A stretch of 28,730 bases of DNA from a virus. Lineage: Duplodnaviria; Caudoviricetes. Made by a program: the position numbers and the translations under genes. Shown in pieces: positions 16,743-25,005 of this stretch. The stretch's first letter is position 1. Each line of letters opens with the position of its first letter. Under the pieces are notes generated by a model. That model did not search any database. It was not told the DNA's origin and saw only the letters and a list, made by a program, of their open reading frames with translations. Where the stretch lies: IMG/VR virus record IMGVR_UViG_3300017766_005144, positions 1-28,730 of that record; one strand, written 5' to 3'.

Positions 16743-17720
16743 TCAGCTGAAGTCAACTCTGCTGAGAGCTGCTACGTTGGCGATACCGCCACCGAGCATC
16801 TCGTAAGCGTACCACGAAAGCATCGGACCCTCGCGCTTGACGAACATGGTGGTGTCCTCAAGGAAGTAGAGTCGGCCGAGGTACTCTGGTGCGGCAAAGA
16901 GGAACATGCTGTTGTCCTTGACAAGCTCGTCCTTGATGGTGGTGATCCAGTTGAGTGCGCACCACTTGGTGGCCTCTCCTGCCCAGCCGTTGACGAGGAT
17001 GTTCTGAGCCATGTCGCCACCGACCTCTTCACGAGTCCACTTCTCGAACTCGATAGCGGTCTTCTGGTTGACAAGGGCCGTCTGAGGGCGCAGACGAGCA
17101 TTGGTTGCCATCATGATCTTCTTGGCTTCGACGACGTTCTCACGGGTAAGACCGCCAGAGAGGGTCTTCCAAAGAACCACGTTGTTACCGTTGGGGCCGT
17201 AAGGAATGGCGGTGTCGGCATTCATGGTGTCGCCGGAGAGAATCGAGTTGCAAGTCTGAATGAACTTGCCGTCTTCCTCTGCCTGGAGATCCTTGAGTGC
17301 GTTGTCGCTGATCACCTGACGGATGTCGAGGTCGTAGTCGTGAAGCTCGGCAACGTCCTTGTTGAACATTGGCGTAGCGATACGGTTGAAGGTTACGAGC
17401 CAGCGCTTGCCGTAGATGTAGGTGCCGGTTGGGAACTCACCGAAGGGAATCGACATTGCGCCTGGAGAATCGGGCTCTAGCTCGATGATCTTCGAAGGCT
17501 TGTCGGTGTTGACCTGCTTGTTGAGGTCGTCTCCGGTAATGGTCTGGGCGGGGAGAATCTTGCGGAGGAAACCTTCCTCGCGAAGCTTCATACGAATGTA
17601 GTCGGAGGTAGCGCGAGCCACTTTGATTGTGGACTCTGGGCTGAATTCCATCTGGTCAATGTGCTGACGCACGACCTGGTTAGCCCGCTTCTCCATCTCT
17701 GATAGATGCTCTAGTGCCAT
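16743..17720 (-). CDS. Major capsid protein (HK97 fold)
   Basis: 325 aa with strong AGGAG SD and downstream hairpin. LREEGFLRKIL...FNRIATPMF...DIRQVISDNALKDLQAEEDGKFI backbone-helix pattern; C-terminal WYAYEMLGGGIANVAALSRVDF. Lies downstream of protease and scaffold. Confidence 0.85.
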   Translation of the reverse strand: MALEHLSEMEKRANQVVRQHIDQMEFSPESTIKVARATSDYIRMKLREEGFLRKILPAQTITGDDLNKQVNTDKPSKIIELEPDSPGAMSIPFGEFPTGTYIYGKRWLVTFNRIATPMFNKDVAELHDYDLDIRQVISDNALKDLQAEEDGKFIQTCNSILSGDTMNADTAIPYGPNGNNVVLWKTLSGGLTRENVVEAKKIMMATNARLRPQTALVNQKTAIEFEKWTREEVGGDMAQNILVNGWAGEATKWCALNWITTIKDELVKDNSMFLFAAPEYLGRLYFLEDTTMFVKREGPMLSWYAYEMLGGGIANVAALSRVDFS

Positions 17721-17756
17721 CTTGTGTTACTCCTAATAGTTGAAGTTAAATGTTGA

Positions 17757-18374
17757 TTAGATTGCTGGCCACCAGTTGACGTAGAAGTAGAGCATGGCGC
17801 GGCCATGCTGATTCTTTACGTCACCGTTGCTGGTTGCGATGCCTACGACCTGGTGGTTATTGGAGATAACTCCTGCAGCATAGGCAGAGGTCCCCGACGG
17901 GGTGAAAACGGTGAGCTTGCCGATCTGATTTGCGGTAATGCTTGCCATGAGCAGATCTCCAGCGGTGATTGAGCCGTGGAAAGCCGTGGTGCCGAGCTCG
18001 TATGCGCCGGTACCGACGAGGCAGGAGATGCCGACGTCCTTGGCGTTGCCTACTGCAGCTGGGGTACCCTGGGTGTTGGATACGGAGCGCTGCGAAGCGA
18101 GGTTACCCTCGTAACGCACTGCGTCCATCTCGTTGTCGCCACCGCGAGCAAAGAGGGGCATCTTGTTGCGAGCAAGACCGGTGAGAGAGGCTGTAGAGCC
18201 CTTGACAAACTGATTGTTTTGGTCAAGGTAGCCAACCATGCCTGCTACTACGGTGCCCTGGTCTGCGGTTAAAACGGGGCAAACGCGGCTGAGCTGACGC
18301 TCATCCCACCAACCGCGCACGGGGTCGAGCGCGTTTACGGTCATCTGAAGGTTTGAAAGTGTCTGATATGCCAT
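17757..18374 (-). CDS. Putative capsid decoration/cement protein
   Basis: 205 aa directly upstream of the MCP, with GGAG SD. The AGMVGYLD..GDLLM..VVGIA pattern recalls beta-tulip decoration proteins. Confidence 0.55.
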   Translation of the reverse strand: MAYQTLSNLQMTVNALDPVRGWWDERQLSRVCPVLTADQGTVVAGMVGYLDQNNQFVKGSTASLTGLARNKMPLFARGGDNEMDAVRYEGNLASQRSVSNTQGTPAAVGNAKDVGISCLVGTGAYELGTTAFHGSITAGDLLMASITANQIGKLTVFTPSGTSAYAAGVISNNHQVVGIATSNGDVKNQHGRAMLYFYVNWWPAI

Positions 18375-18406
18375 TTTTTAATCTCCGAAAAATTTGGATT
18401 GATTGT

Positions 18407-18435
18407 ATGGTAACTGAATCGCTAAAACATTTCAA
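18407..18435 (-). promoter_or_regulatory. Putative sigma70-like promoter TTGAAA-17nt-TACCAT for the decoration/MCP pair
   Basis: TTGAAA at 18435-18430, 17-nt spacer, TACCAT at 18412-18407. An overlapping TACAAT at 18407-18402 is an alternative -10. Confidence 0.4.
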
Positions 18436-18813
18436 TCAGCCGAGCAGTGCATCGCACCAAGCATTGCTTGATGTCGGAGCGTTACCGGCAGACTTTGAAA
18501 TTGCGGAAGGACCGCCTACGTTGAGATTGCGGGTCTGGCTGAGCTCGTTCTGAAGAGATGCAATCTTGCTGGTCAGGGAAGCGATTGTTCTAAGCGCGCC
18601 ATCCTGAGTCGTTACAAAATCCACAAACTCCCCTTGACGAGCGGCATCAAGCCCTGCGTACTTTACAAGGTCGGCAACTCGTGCCTCGGCCTCTTTACGA
18701 TTTACGACAGGTGCTGGAGCCTCGGCCTGAATGGTCTCCATCATCTGGGGAACTCGCTCCATGAAGGATGCGATCTTCTCAAGTGCTGTTACTGGAATCT
18801 TGATAGTGCTCAT
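18436..18813 (-). CDS. Small helical prohead/scaffold-associated protein
   Basis: 125 aa, TAATG-coupled to the scaffold-like gene, with a coiled-coil segment. 5 of 6 Lys are in K-x-A. Confidence 0.55.
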   Translation of the reverse strand: MSTIKIPVTALEKIASFMERVPQMMETIQAEAPAPVVNRKEAEARVADLVKYAGLDAARQGEFVDFVTTQDGALRTIASLTSKIASLQNELSQTRNLNVGGPSAISKSAGNAPTSSNAWCDALLG

Positions 18814-20366
18814 TAGCTGATACCTCTATAGATTGAATTAATTTCATTGCGTAGCTTTGCGGCGGAACGCAGAGTCTGGAACTTGGCTCCAGCCTTCTTG
18901 ACGGCTGCATCGCAGGTGTTTACAAAAGCGAGCTGAGCCTGAGACATCTTTGCCGCCTTCAGCTTTCCTGAAGCCATGGCCGATGCGATCTTGGCGTACG
19001 CCTTGACATCAGAAGCCTTGAGGCCCTCCTGCTCCATGAGAGCCATGAGAGCGGCCTCCTCTTCAGGAGCTAGGGGAGCCTCGCCACCGGCGGCAGCAGA
19101 GTCCATCATTGCAGGATCCATAGCCATGTCCGGAGCTGCTGGCATTGCTGCCATGTCGGCTAACGCCTCTTCTGCAGCCATCTCTTCGTCGTCAGAGACC
19201 TCTTCCATGTCTTCTGGAGAGCCCTCTTCGTCCTCGCTCATCTCTTCTTCTGAGGACTTACGAAAGGTTCTTCCCTTACGGGAAGCTGCCTCCTTCTTCT
19301 CCTGCTTCTTGGCAGGAATCATGTCCTCGGAGTCCGAGTCATCGGACATCTCTGAAGAGCACATCTCGGCAGCCTTCTTCAGGATTGCAGCAAGCTTTGC
19401 AGCTTCCTTCTTCTCCATGTCAGGGCCTTCCTTCTTGTCGGCCCAGTCAGGCACGCCGTCGCCGTCGGCATCAGGCTTCTTGTTGTCCTTCTTCTCCTCC
19501 GCCGCCATCATCTCGGCGTACTTTGGAAGGCCTGCCTTGGCTGCGAGGTAGTCATACTCGGCCACCTTCTGCTGGAAGTTGCGCAGAGCGGCATCCTGAG
19601 CCTGCTTCTGAGCAGCCTCGATAACAGGAAGCACGTGAGGAGCGGCAAACTTGTCCATTACAGTGGTGACGGTCTCGACGAACGAAACGGCGTCGCGCTG
19701 AGCGGACTCCTTCATATGCTCGTAGAGCTCGCGCATCTCGCTGATTGCCTGGCCTCTTAGTGCAGCAAGCTTAGCTGCCTCACGCGCACCGGCATTCTTG
19801 CCCTTGTCGGCTGGAATCTGGATGTTGCCATCGTTCTCAGCGTTGACTGGGTAGGCTGCGGTGCCCTTGGCGTTGGTCTTGGTGTCGTCAGTCGCCTCTT
19901 CCGCAACCTGGCCGGTTACGTATGAGTCAGCCGAAGCCTTGACGAGATTGCGGAGCTCGGCGGCGAGTGAACGGGCCTCGTTGATGAAGGCCTGAGCAGC
20001 CTTGCCACTTGGGTGCGAGGTTCCGGGATCGTTATGCTCGTTGAGGTTGTACTTGCGCTCTACCTCGGGAGCATCGCCAGATGCGCGGGGGTGCAGACCC
20101 TTGTTGTTTCCTGGGTCCTTCTCCTCGGAGCCTGGCTGGTTCTTTTTGCCGCTATCCGTACCCATCGGGTGCATAGCCTTGTTATCCGCGCTATTTTCTG
20201 CATAGCGATGGCCAACCACTGCGGGCTGAGTGTGGTCATCTGCAGCGCTGTTTGAGCCAGATGGGTGCGAAGTATTTAAGATCTGCTCCCCTGGATTCTC
20301 AGCGCGCTTTGAGGTAAGCGCTCTAAGCTGCTCAACTAGTGCTCGGTGTTCGAAGCTTGAAGCCAT
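18813..20366 (-). CDS. Putative prohead scaffold/core protein
   Basis: 517 aa between protease and MCP. Highly acidic, Ala/Met/Glu-rich and low-complexity, with about 16 K-x-A sites. Confidence 0.65.
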   Translation of the reverse strand: MASSFEHRALVEQLRALTSKRAENPGEQILNTSHPSGSNSAADDHTQPAVVGHRYAENSADNKAMHPMGTDSGKKNQPGSEEKDPGNNKGLHPRASGDAPEVERKYNLNEHNDPGTSHPSGKAAQAFINEARSLAAELRNLVKASADSYVTGQVAEEATDDTKTNAKGTAAYPVNAENDGNIQIPADKGKNAGAREAAKLAALRGQAISEMRELYEHMKESAQRDAVSFVETVTTVMDKFAAPHVLPVIEAAQKQAQDAALRNFQQKVAEYDYLAAKAGLPKYAEMMAAEEKKDNKKPDADGDGVPDWADKKEGPDMEKKEAAKLAAILKKAAEMCSSEMSDDSDSEDMIPAKKQEKKEAASRKGRTFRKSSEEEMSEDEEGSPEDMEEVSDDEEMAAEEALADMAAMPAAPDMAMDPAMMDSAAAGGEAPLAPEEEAALMALMEQEGLKASDVKAYAKIASAMASGKLKAAKMSQAQLAFVNTCDAAVKKAGAKFQTLRSAAKLRNEINSIYRGIS

Positions 20367-20393
20367 ATGTGATTTCCTTTTTAAACCTTGTGA

Positions 20394-21746
20394 TTATTCT
20401 ACCGTGTTCTGGCAAATTCCGCAAAAGACGAGTTCATCTATGTCGTTTACGGAATGAGACGACTTAATAGTCCTGTATGTTTCCAACTGGTAACGAATAT
20501 ACTCTTTGCTCCAGTTCAAGTCAATTTCCGTCGATGCTTGCTTTACGGAGGCTGGCGGTTTTCCTGATCCGGCCAGTCGTCCAAGGAGCGGAGCGGCTAC
20601 GGATCTATAGGGGGCCAGGCTTGAGCAAAGCTGCGCAATCTTACCGCCTGTAAGAATATTGGACGGCTCGTAAAGAGAGCTTGAGACGAGTTCGTCAGAC
20701 GTAAAGCTTGACAGCCCCCGAATGACGGCGGTGTTGTTGAAGTGAGCTGCTTCTTTAGAGTTTAAAGTATTTCCTGTCATCAAGGTGTAGAACTCAGCAG
20801 GACGCAATAGTACGCCTTCCTTGCACATGCCTTTGATGACGGCGTCGAGATAAACCGGCACATAGGCAGACAGTTTCTTGACGCAGGCATCGACCTCAGC
20901 CTGGGAGTCCAGGACGAGGGGTCTTACTTCGCCCTCTATGCGCTTTTCCATTCTTGAAAGTTTTTCAAGAATTTTCTTCTTGTCCTCTGCAGACTTAAAG
21001 CTGCAGGTAAGGGTGGCCTCGACGGAATCGGCAAACTTCATGTCGTAGCCTAGCTCTTCGGCCAGGGCAGCTCCACCCACTATGTTTGCAGAGGCTGTCT
21101 TGAGGGTATACGCCACTCTGTCGGCAGGGCGCACCACTCGGGAAATGTCGAAGAAAGTGGAGTTGGGGTTGTCTACGCCCACTGCCCTACCGTCATCGAG
21201 GATCTTGCCTACAGCTTCCTTGATGTGCCAGCAATACTCCTTGGGAGTCTTTGCCTTATTGGAGCAGATCGAGCACACGTCATACGCGATCTTGCACGCC
21301 ATGGAGACCGGATAGCTGCCATTTCGCTCCAGCAGCGACAGCTCCTCGGCACACTTGGTGTTGTCGAGCTCCATGAGCAACTCTACTCTATCCATGTCCT
21401 CGTTGTACATCGCGGCCTTCACCACTCCGAAAGAAGGATCGGCTGGGGTGTTTTTGTGGTGCCTATACACCTTGGCGTGGCTTACGAACGTCGGGTGGTC
21501 TCGCTGCAGATTGGCCTTCTTCCAGCCGTCTCCGTTGCGATTAAATCCAAACTTTTCGGATGCCGTCATGGCGATGGTGTGCACTGCCGTCTTGTTGCTG
21601 GACGGAGTGTAGCCTTCGACGAGCTTGGAGAACATATTTGCTCTCTTTTGCCCTGCATCCAGGCCTTTCGAGGAAAAACGCAGAATCTCGAACGGAGCTT
21701 CGTCTCCGTTGTTGAAGTGATCGGGGCTGAATGCCTTTATGAACAT
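20394..21746 (-). CDS. Prohead (capsid maturation) serine protease with zinc-ribbon insert
   Basis: 450 aa. NRNGDGW, VYRHH (catalytic His candidate), VSMAC (catalytic Ser candidate), CSIC...YCWH, and FFDISRVVRPAD matching the HK97-type protease (E/D)xSxVxxPA motif. Confidence 0.82.
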   Translation of the reverse strand: MFIKAFSPDHFNNGDEAPFEILRFSSKGLDAGQKRANMFSKLVEGYTPSSNKTAVHTIAMTASEKFGFNRNGDGWKKANLQRDHPTFVSHAKVYRHHKNTPADPSFGVVKAAMYNEDMDRVELLMELDNTKCAEELSLLERNGSYPVSMACKIAYDVCSICSNKAKTPKEYCWHIKEAVGKILDDGRAVGVDNPNSTFFDISRVVRPADRVAYTLKTASANIVGGAALAEELGYDMKFADSVEATLTCSFKSAEDKKKILEKLSRMEKRIEGEVRPLVLDSQAEVDACVKKLSAYVPVYLDAVIKGMCKEGVLLRPAEFYTLMTGNTLNSKEAAHFNNTAVIRGLSSFTSDELVSSSLYEPSNILTGGKIAQLCSSLAPYRSVAAPLLGRLAGSGKPPASVKQASTEIDLNWSKEYIRYQLETYRTIKSSHSVNDIDELVFCGICQNTVE

Positions 21747-21749
21747 GTG

Positions 21750-22829
21750 TTACCTTGCAGGAGCCTCTGGAATAGAAGCCATGAATGGATTTGGATTGAC
21801 ATCGCCTTGAACTCTACCTGCAAGTTCTGCAGCTAACCCGGCACCCAGTAATCCTGTAAGAGCTCTGCCTTTTCCGGTCGGTGCTTTTTGTAAAAGATTT
21901 GCCAACGGCCCGACGACACGTCGAGATACGTCTCTTGTCGGCACCTCGACCCGCTGTGGAGGTCCACCTGCGAATCCAGGCCTATATGACGTATTTGTCA
22001 GAGGCGGTAGAGATCCAGGTCTTGCTGGATTTTGATATGTATTTAAAATCTCAGGATTAGCAACTCTTCCTAATAAAACATCCAAAAATGGTCGATTAAA
22101 CAACTGCTGTCGAGTTACCGACTGGAGCTCTGTATCAGGAGGCTTACCTGCTGGGTTTTTCTTTGATGGCGGTTCTTCTCCGCCCATTTGAGATATACGT
22201 CCTTCAATATATCTTTGAGTTGCACTGTCAGGGTTTGCAAAAGGGGCTACTTTGTCAGTCAGAGCGCCCATCAGGGTAGGTCTATCCATCAAACCACCAA
22301 TAGGGACTGGATCACGCGAGTTTGCAGCAATTGGTCCAAACTCTTGAAATTGTGGTTTTTGAGTATCAATGCCGGGTGCTGCAGAAGGAAGCTGCAGAGC
22401 TAAGGCGCGTGTAGCTAAGGTAGGGTTAGTCTGAGGAACTGGATATCCTGCACTACGGAACAAAGGACGCTTCGAAAAAGCCGACTGAGTCAGCAAATCA
22501 GCATAAGTCGGTATTGGGTTGCGCGTCGTAACACCAGAGGAAGGCGCTCCTAACATTGATGGCCTATACACAGGAGACTGCACGTATCGAGCAGCTTCTC
22601 CAAGTCTATTAATTGCTCTGCCTGTAGCCGGCAGACCATAAGCGCCGTAGATACCTCCAACTGCTGCTGCAGGAATCATGCTACTGTCGAGATAGGCTTG
22701 GTCGTTTTCATCTACCCTATAGTCAGAAAAGGGATCGGTGCCAAGCAGTTGCTGCGTGCTACCAATAGGGCCTTCGGCTTGCTTGGTGCGAGCTGCTGCA
22801 AACTTAGCGGTCAGGTTATTGATATCCAT
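21750..22829 (-). CDS. Pro-rich hypothetical protein, possibly head-packaged
   Basis: 359 aa, TAATG-coupled. N-terminal KFAA..KQAE, Gly/Ala-rich hydrophobic segments near both ends, and DNA that is more AT-rich than its neighbours. Confidence 0.55.
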   Translation of the reverse strand: MDINNLTAKFAAARTKQAEGPIGSTQQLLGTDPFSDYRVDENDQAYLDSSMIPAAAVGGIYGAYGLPATGRAINRLGEAARYVQSPVYRPSMLGAPSSGVTTRNPIPTYADLLTQSAFSKRPLFRSAGYPVPQTNPTLATRALALQLPSAAPGIDTQKPQFQEFGPIAANSRDPVPIGGLMDRPTLMGALTDKVAPFANPDSATQRYIEGRISQMGGEEPPSKKNPAGKPPDTELQSVTRQQLFNRPFLDVLLGRVANPEILNTYQNPARPGSLPPLTNTSYRPGFAGGPPQRVEVPTRDVSRRVVGPLANLLQKAPTGKGRALTGLLGAGLAAELAGRVQGDVNPNPFMASIPEAPAR

Positions 22830-24109
22830 TAGAATTCTCCTCGCTCCATGAGAGCTCCGATCTGCGGAACCACAGTCATCTTGCTCTTTCGCTCACGTAT
22901 GGCATCGTCCATCGAGATCATCTGATTAAGGGTGAAGTCATCTATTTGCTCCCCTGCCTCAAGCCGTCGGCGAAGCATGGATCTCAGGAGGGGCTCGTAA
23001 TCCGACGCAGTAGGGGCAATCGAAATCACCTCACGAATAGCCTTTTGAATCTCAGGAGCGGGCTGCTTTGCAATGATTGGATCGCTCTTCAGCAGCTTGT
23101 TGATCATGATGGCTCTTTCGATTCTCTTGCTTTCACCGAGAAACGAAGGATCAAGCAACGAACCTAGTCCACCCATCTGTACGTCTTTTTTGTCGGAATC
23201 AAGCCCGGGCTCCAAGGTGCCTAACGAGCTAGTGAGAACATCCGGAGTCTGATCGAGAATACCACTGCGCTTGACGCCGGCAATCTTATTCAGCAGGATG
23301 TCCCGTTCTACTTTGTTTACATAGCAATCGTGCTCGGCAACAGCAAGCTTCTCGTGCAGATCCTGAGTGCGGTGATATGCATTGACAAGGCCGTTTAGGC
23401 TGTCGATCTCCTGAATACCTAAAGAAAAGACACCGAGTCTGTCTGCAGCCAGCTTCGTACATTCGGAACCTGTGATGCCGGCGGCAAGGCTGACTACGTC
23501 GATGCAATCCGAGCCCTGCTTCTCGATTACCTCTCGCGCCCAGTGGGAACGTCTGTGCTCCGACACAGAGGCTGTCTTGTCCCGGAAATAACGAATATCC
23601 TGGGCAAGCTTCTCACATGCGGCGTTGTAGTTGCTGCGAGCCTGCTCTACGGCAAGCTTTTCCTGCTTGTCCAAGGCAGCGGAGGTTTTTTGAAGCTGGT
23701 CAAAGCCTGGGGCGGTTGCTGCCTTTACAGAACTAAAAGCTACCGAGGAATCTGTTTCAGCAAAGTAGAACGATGCCTCCTTCATGTAGGCAAGCGAATC
23801 CACGGCGACTTTCTTGCTGGTGTCCGGAGTGCTTGACAGTATCTGCTTCAACGCAGCGTGGCCGTCGACGAGAGGAAAGCTGTTTCCTCGCTCTTCAAGT
23901 GAAGCCGACTTAAAGTATGACAGGTGCGCTGCGCCATTGTAGGCCTCTGCAGCCCGAAGAATGTACTCCGGCGGATACTCCTTGTCGGAGGCAGCCTTTA
24001 CAAGGGCGTCGGTCGGATTGGATCCGGCTTTTACGTACTCGGCAACCTTGTTGACGAGACCGATGAGGCGCTCTTTGTTGTCAGAGGATATGTTTTTTAA
24101 GTCGCTCAT
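22829..24109 (-). CDS. Hypothetical helical head-module protein (K-x-A rich)
   Basis: 426 aa with ATGA overlap. 12 K-x-A sites, all in the first ~280 residues. Confidence 0.65.
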   Translation of the reverse strand: MSDLKNISSDNKERLIGLVNKVAEYVKAGSNPTDALVKAASDKEYPPEYILRAAEAYNGAAHLSYFKSASLEERGNSFPLVDGHAALKQILSSTPDTSKKVAVDSLAYMKEASFYFAETDSSVAFSSVKAATAPGFDQLQKTSAALDKQEKLAVEQARSNYNAACEKLAQDIRYFRDKTASVSEHRRSHWAREVIEKQGSDCIDVVSLAAGITGSECTKLAADRLGVFSLGIQEIDSLNGLVNAYHRTQDLHEKLAVAEHDCYVNKVERDILLNKIAGVKRSGILDQTPDVLTSSLGTLEPGLDSDKKDVQMGGLGSLLDPSFLGESKRIERAIMINKLLKSDPIIAKQPAPEIQKAIREVISIAPTASDYEPLLRSMLRRRLEAGEQIDDFTLNQMISMDDAIRERKSKMTVVPQIGALMERGEF

Positions 24110-25005
24110 TGTTCGGATATTTTAGCGTTATTTTGGTTTTCAATAAAGCGAGGCGGGTTGTCGCCATACATGCTGTTGAACTCTGCCTGCGAGATATCCC
24201 CGGATCTGACGGGATCGGCTGGCAGTGTGTTCTGGGTCATCAAGCCGTAGGTGAAGGACTTCAACATGACGCTGACGATCTGGGAGGTGAAGGTATCGTC
24301 TTCCTTGACTCCGCCCATCAGAGCCTCGATCTTCTTGCGCTCGTTGATGTTGTCCTTGGCGATGTCGATGAGCTCGACGGCATTTCTGGCATTTGGAATG
24401 ATTCCGTTTGCAGCCTGAATGCCCTTTGACAGCACCAGGTTGTCAAACAGGGTCTCAAAGAGCTTTTGCATCTGGTGCTGGGAGCACTTCTCGATCGACT
24501 CGATCATCTCCCTGCCGCCGAACACAGCTACTCGCTTCCAGAAGGCCTCGGTGCTGAACGGAGCCGAACGCATTACAGGTTCTATGACCCAGCGGTTGAG
24601 GTATCCGTAGTTTGAAAGATTGTCGAGGACGTCGAAGAAGCACATGACGTAGTGCTCGACAACCTCTGGGCGCTGACCCAGTACCGCAGCCACTTCCGGA
24701 AAGGAATACCCTGCCAGGATACGGGTGTCGATATCCACCCGGTAGCTGGAGCCATTCTCAAAAAGCATGAGGGCATCGGCCATGAACGGGTGGTTGTCCT
24801 TGTAGGTCTCAACCACATCCACAGGCTCCTGCCGAATCACCTTGAGCAGCTTGTACAGGACATGGACGTACTTGTCGTCCTCGCGCTTTGGCTCTCGCCA
24901 GTCCTCAAGCAGCTTGCAAACGTAGTTATATCGCCAGTCCGGGCTCTTTATTCTCTTTGGAGCCGGCGCCTTGTCGGAGAGGGATACTTTTGCCTTGCGC
25001 ATCAT
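24106..25005 (-). CDS. Hypothetical protein with putative helix-turn-helix
   Basis: 299 aa. ILAGYSFPEVAAVLGQRPEVVEHY resembles an HTH. Overlaps both neighbouring genes. Confidence 0.55.
   Translation of the reverse strand: MMRKAKVSLSDKAPAPKRIKSPDWRYNYVCKLLEDWREPKREDDKYVHVLYKLLKVIRQEPVDVVETYKDNHPFMADALMLFENGSSYRVDIDTRILAGYSFPEVAAVLGQRPEVVEHYVMCFFDVLDNLSNYGYLNRWVIEPVMRSAPFSTEAFWKRVAVFGGREMIESIEKCSQHQMQKLFETLFDNLVLSKGIQAANGIIPNARNAVELIDIAKDNINERKKIEALMGGVKEDDTFTSQIVSVMLKSFTYGLMTQNTLPADPVRSGDISQAEFNSMYGDNPPRFIENQNNAKISEQ

Noticed and set aside
16743-17720. Encapsulin shell protein
   Set aside because: The size and fold family are compatible, but the context (protease, scaffold, neck, tail) indicates a phage capsid.
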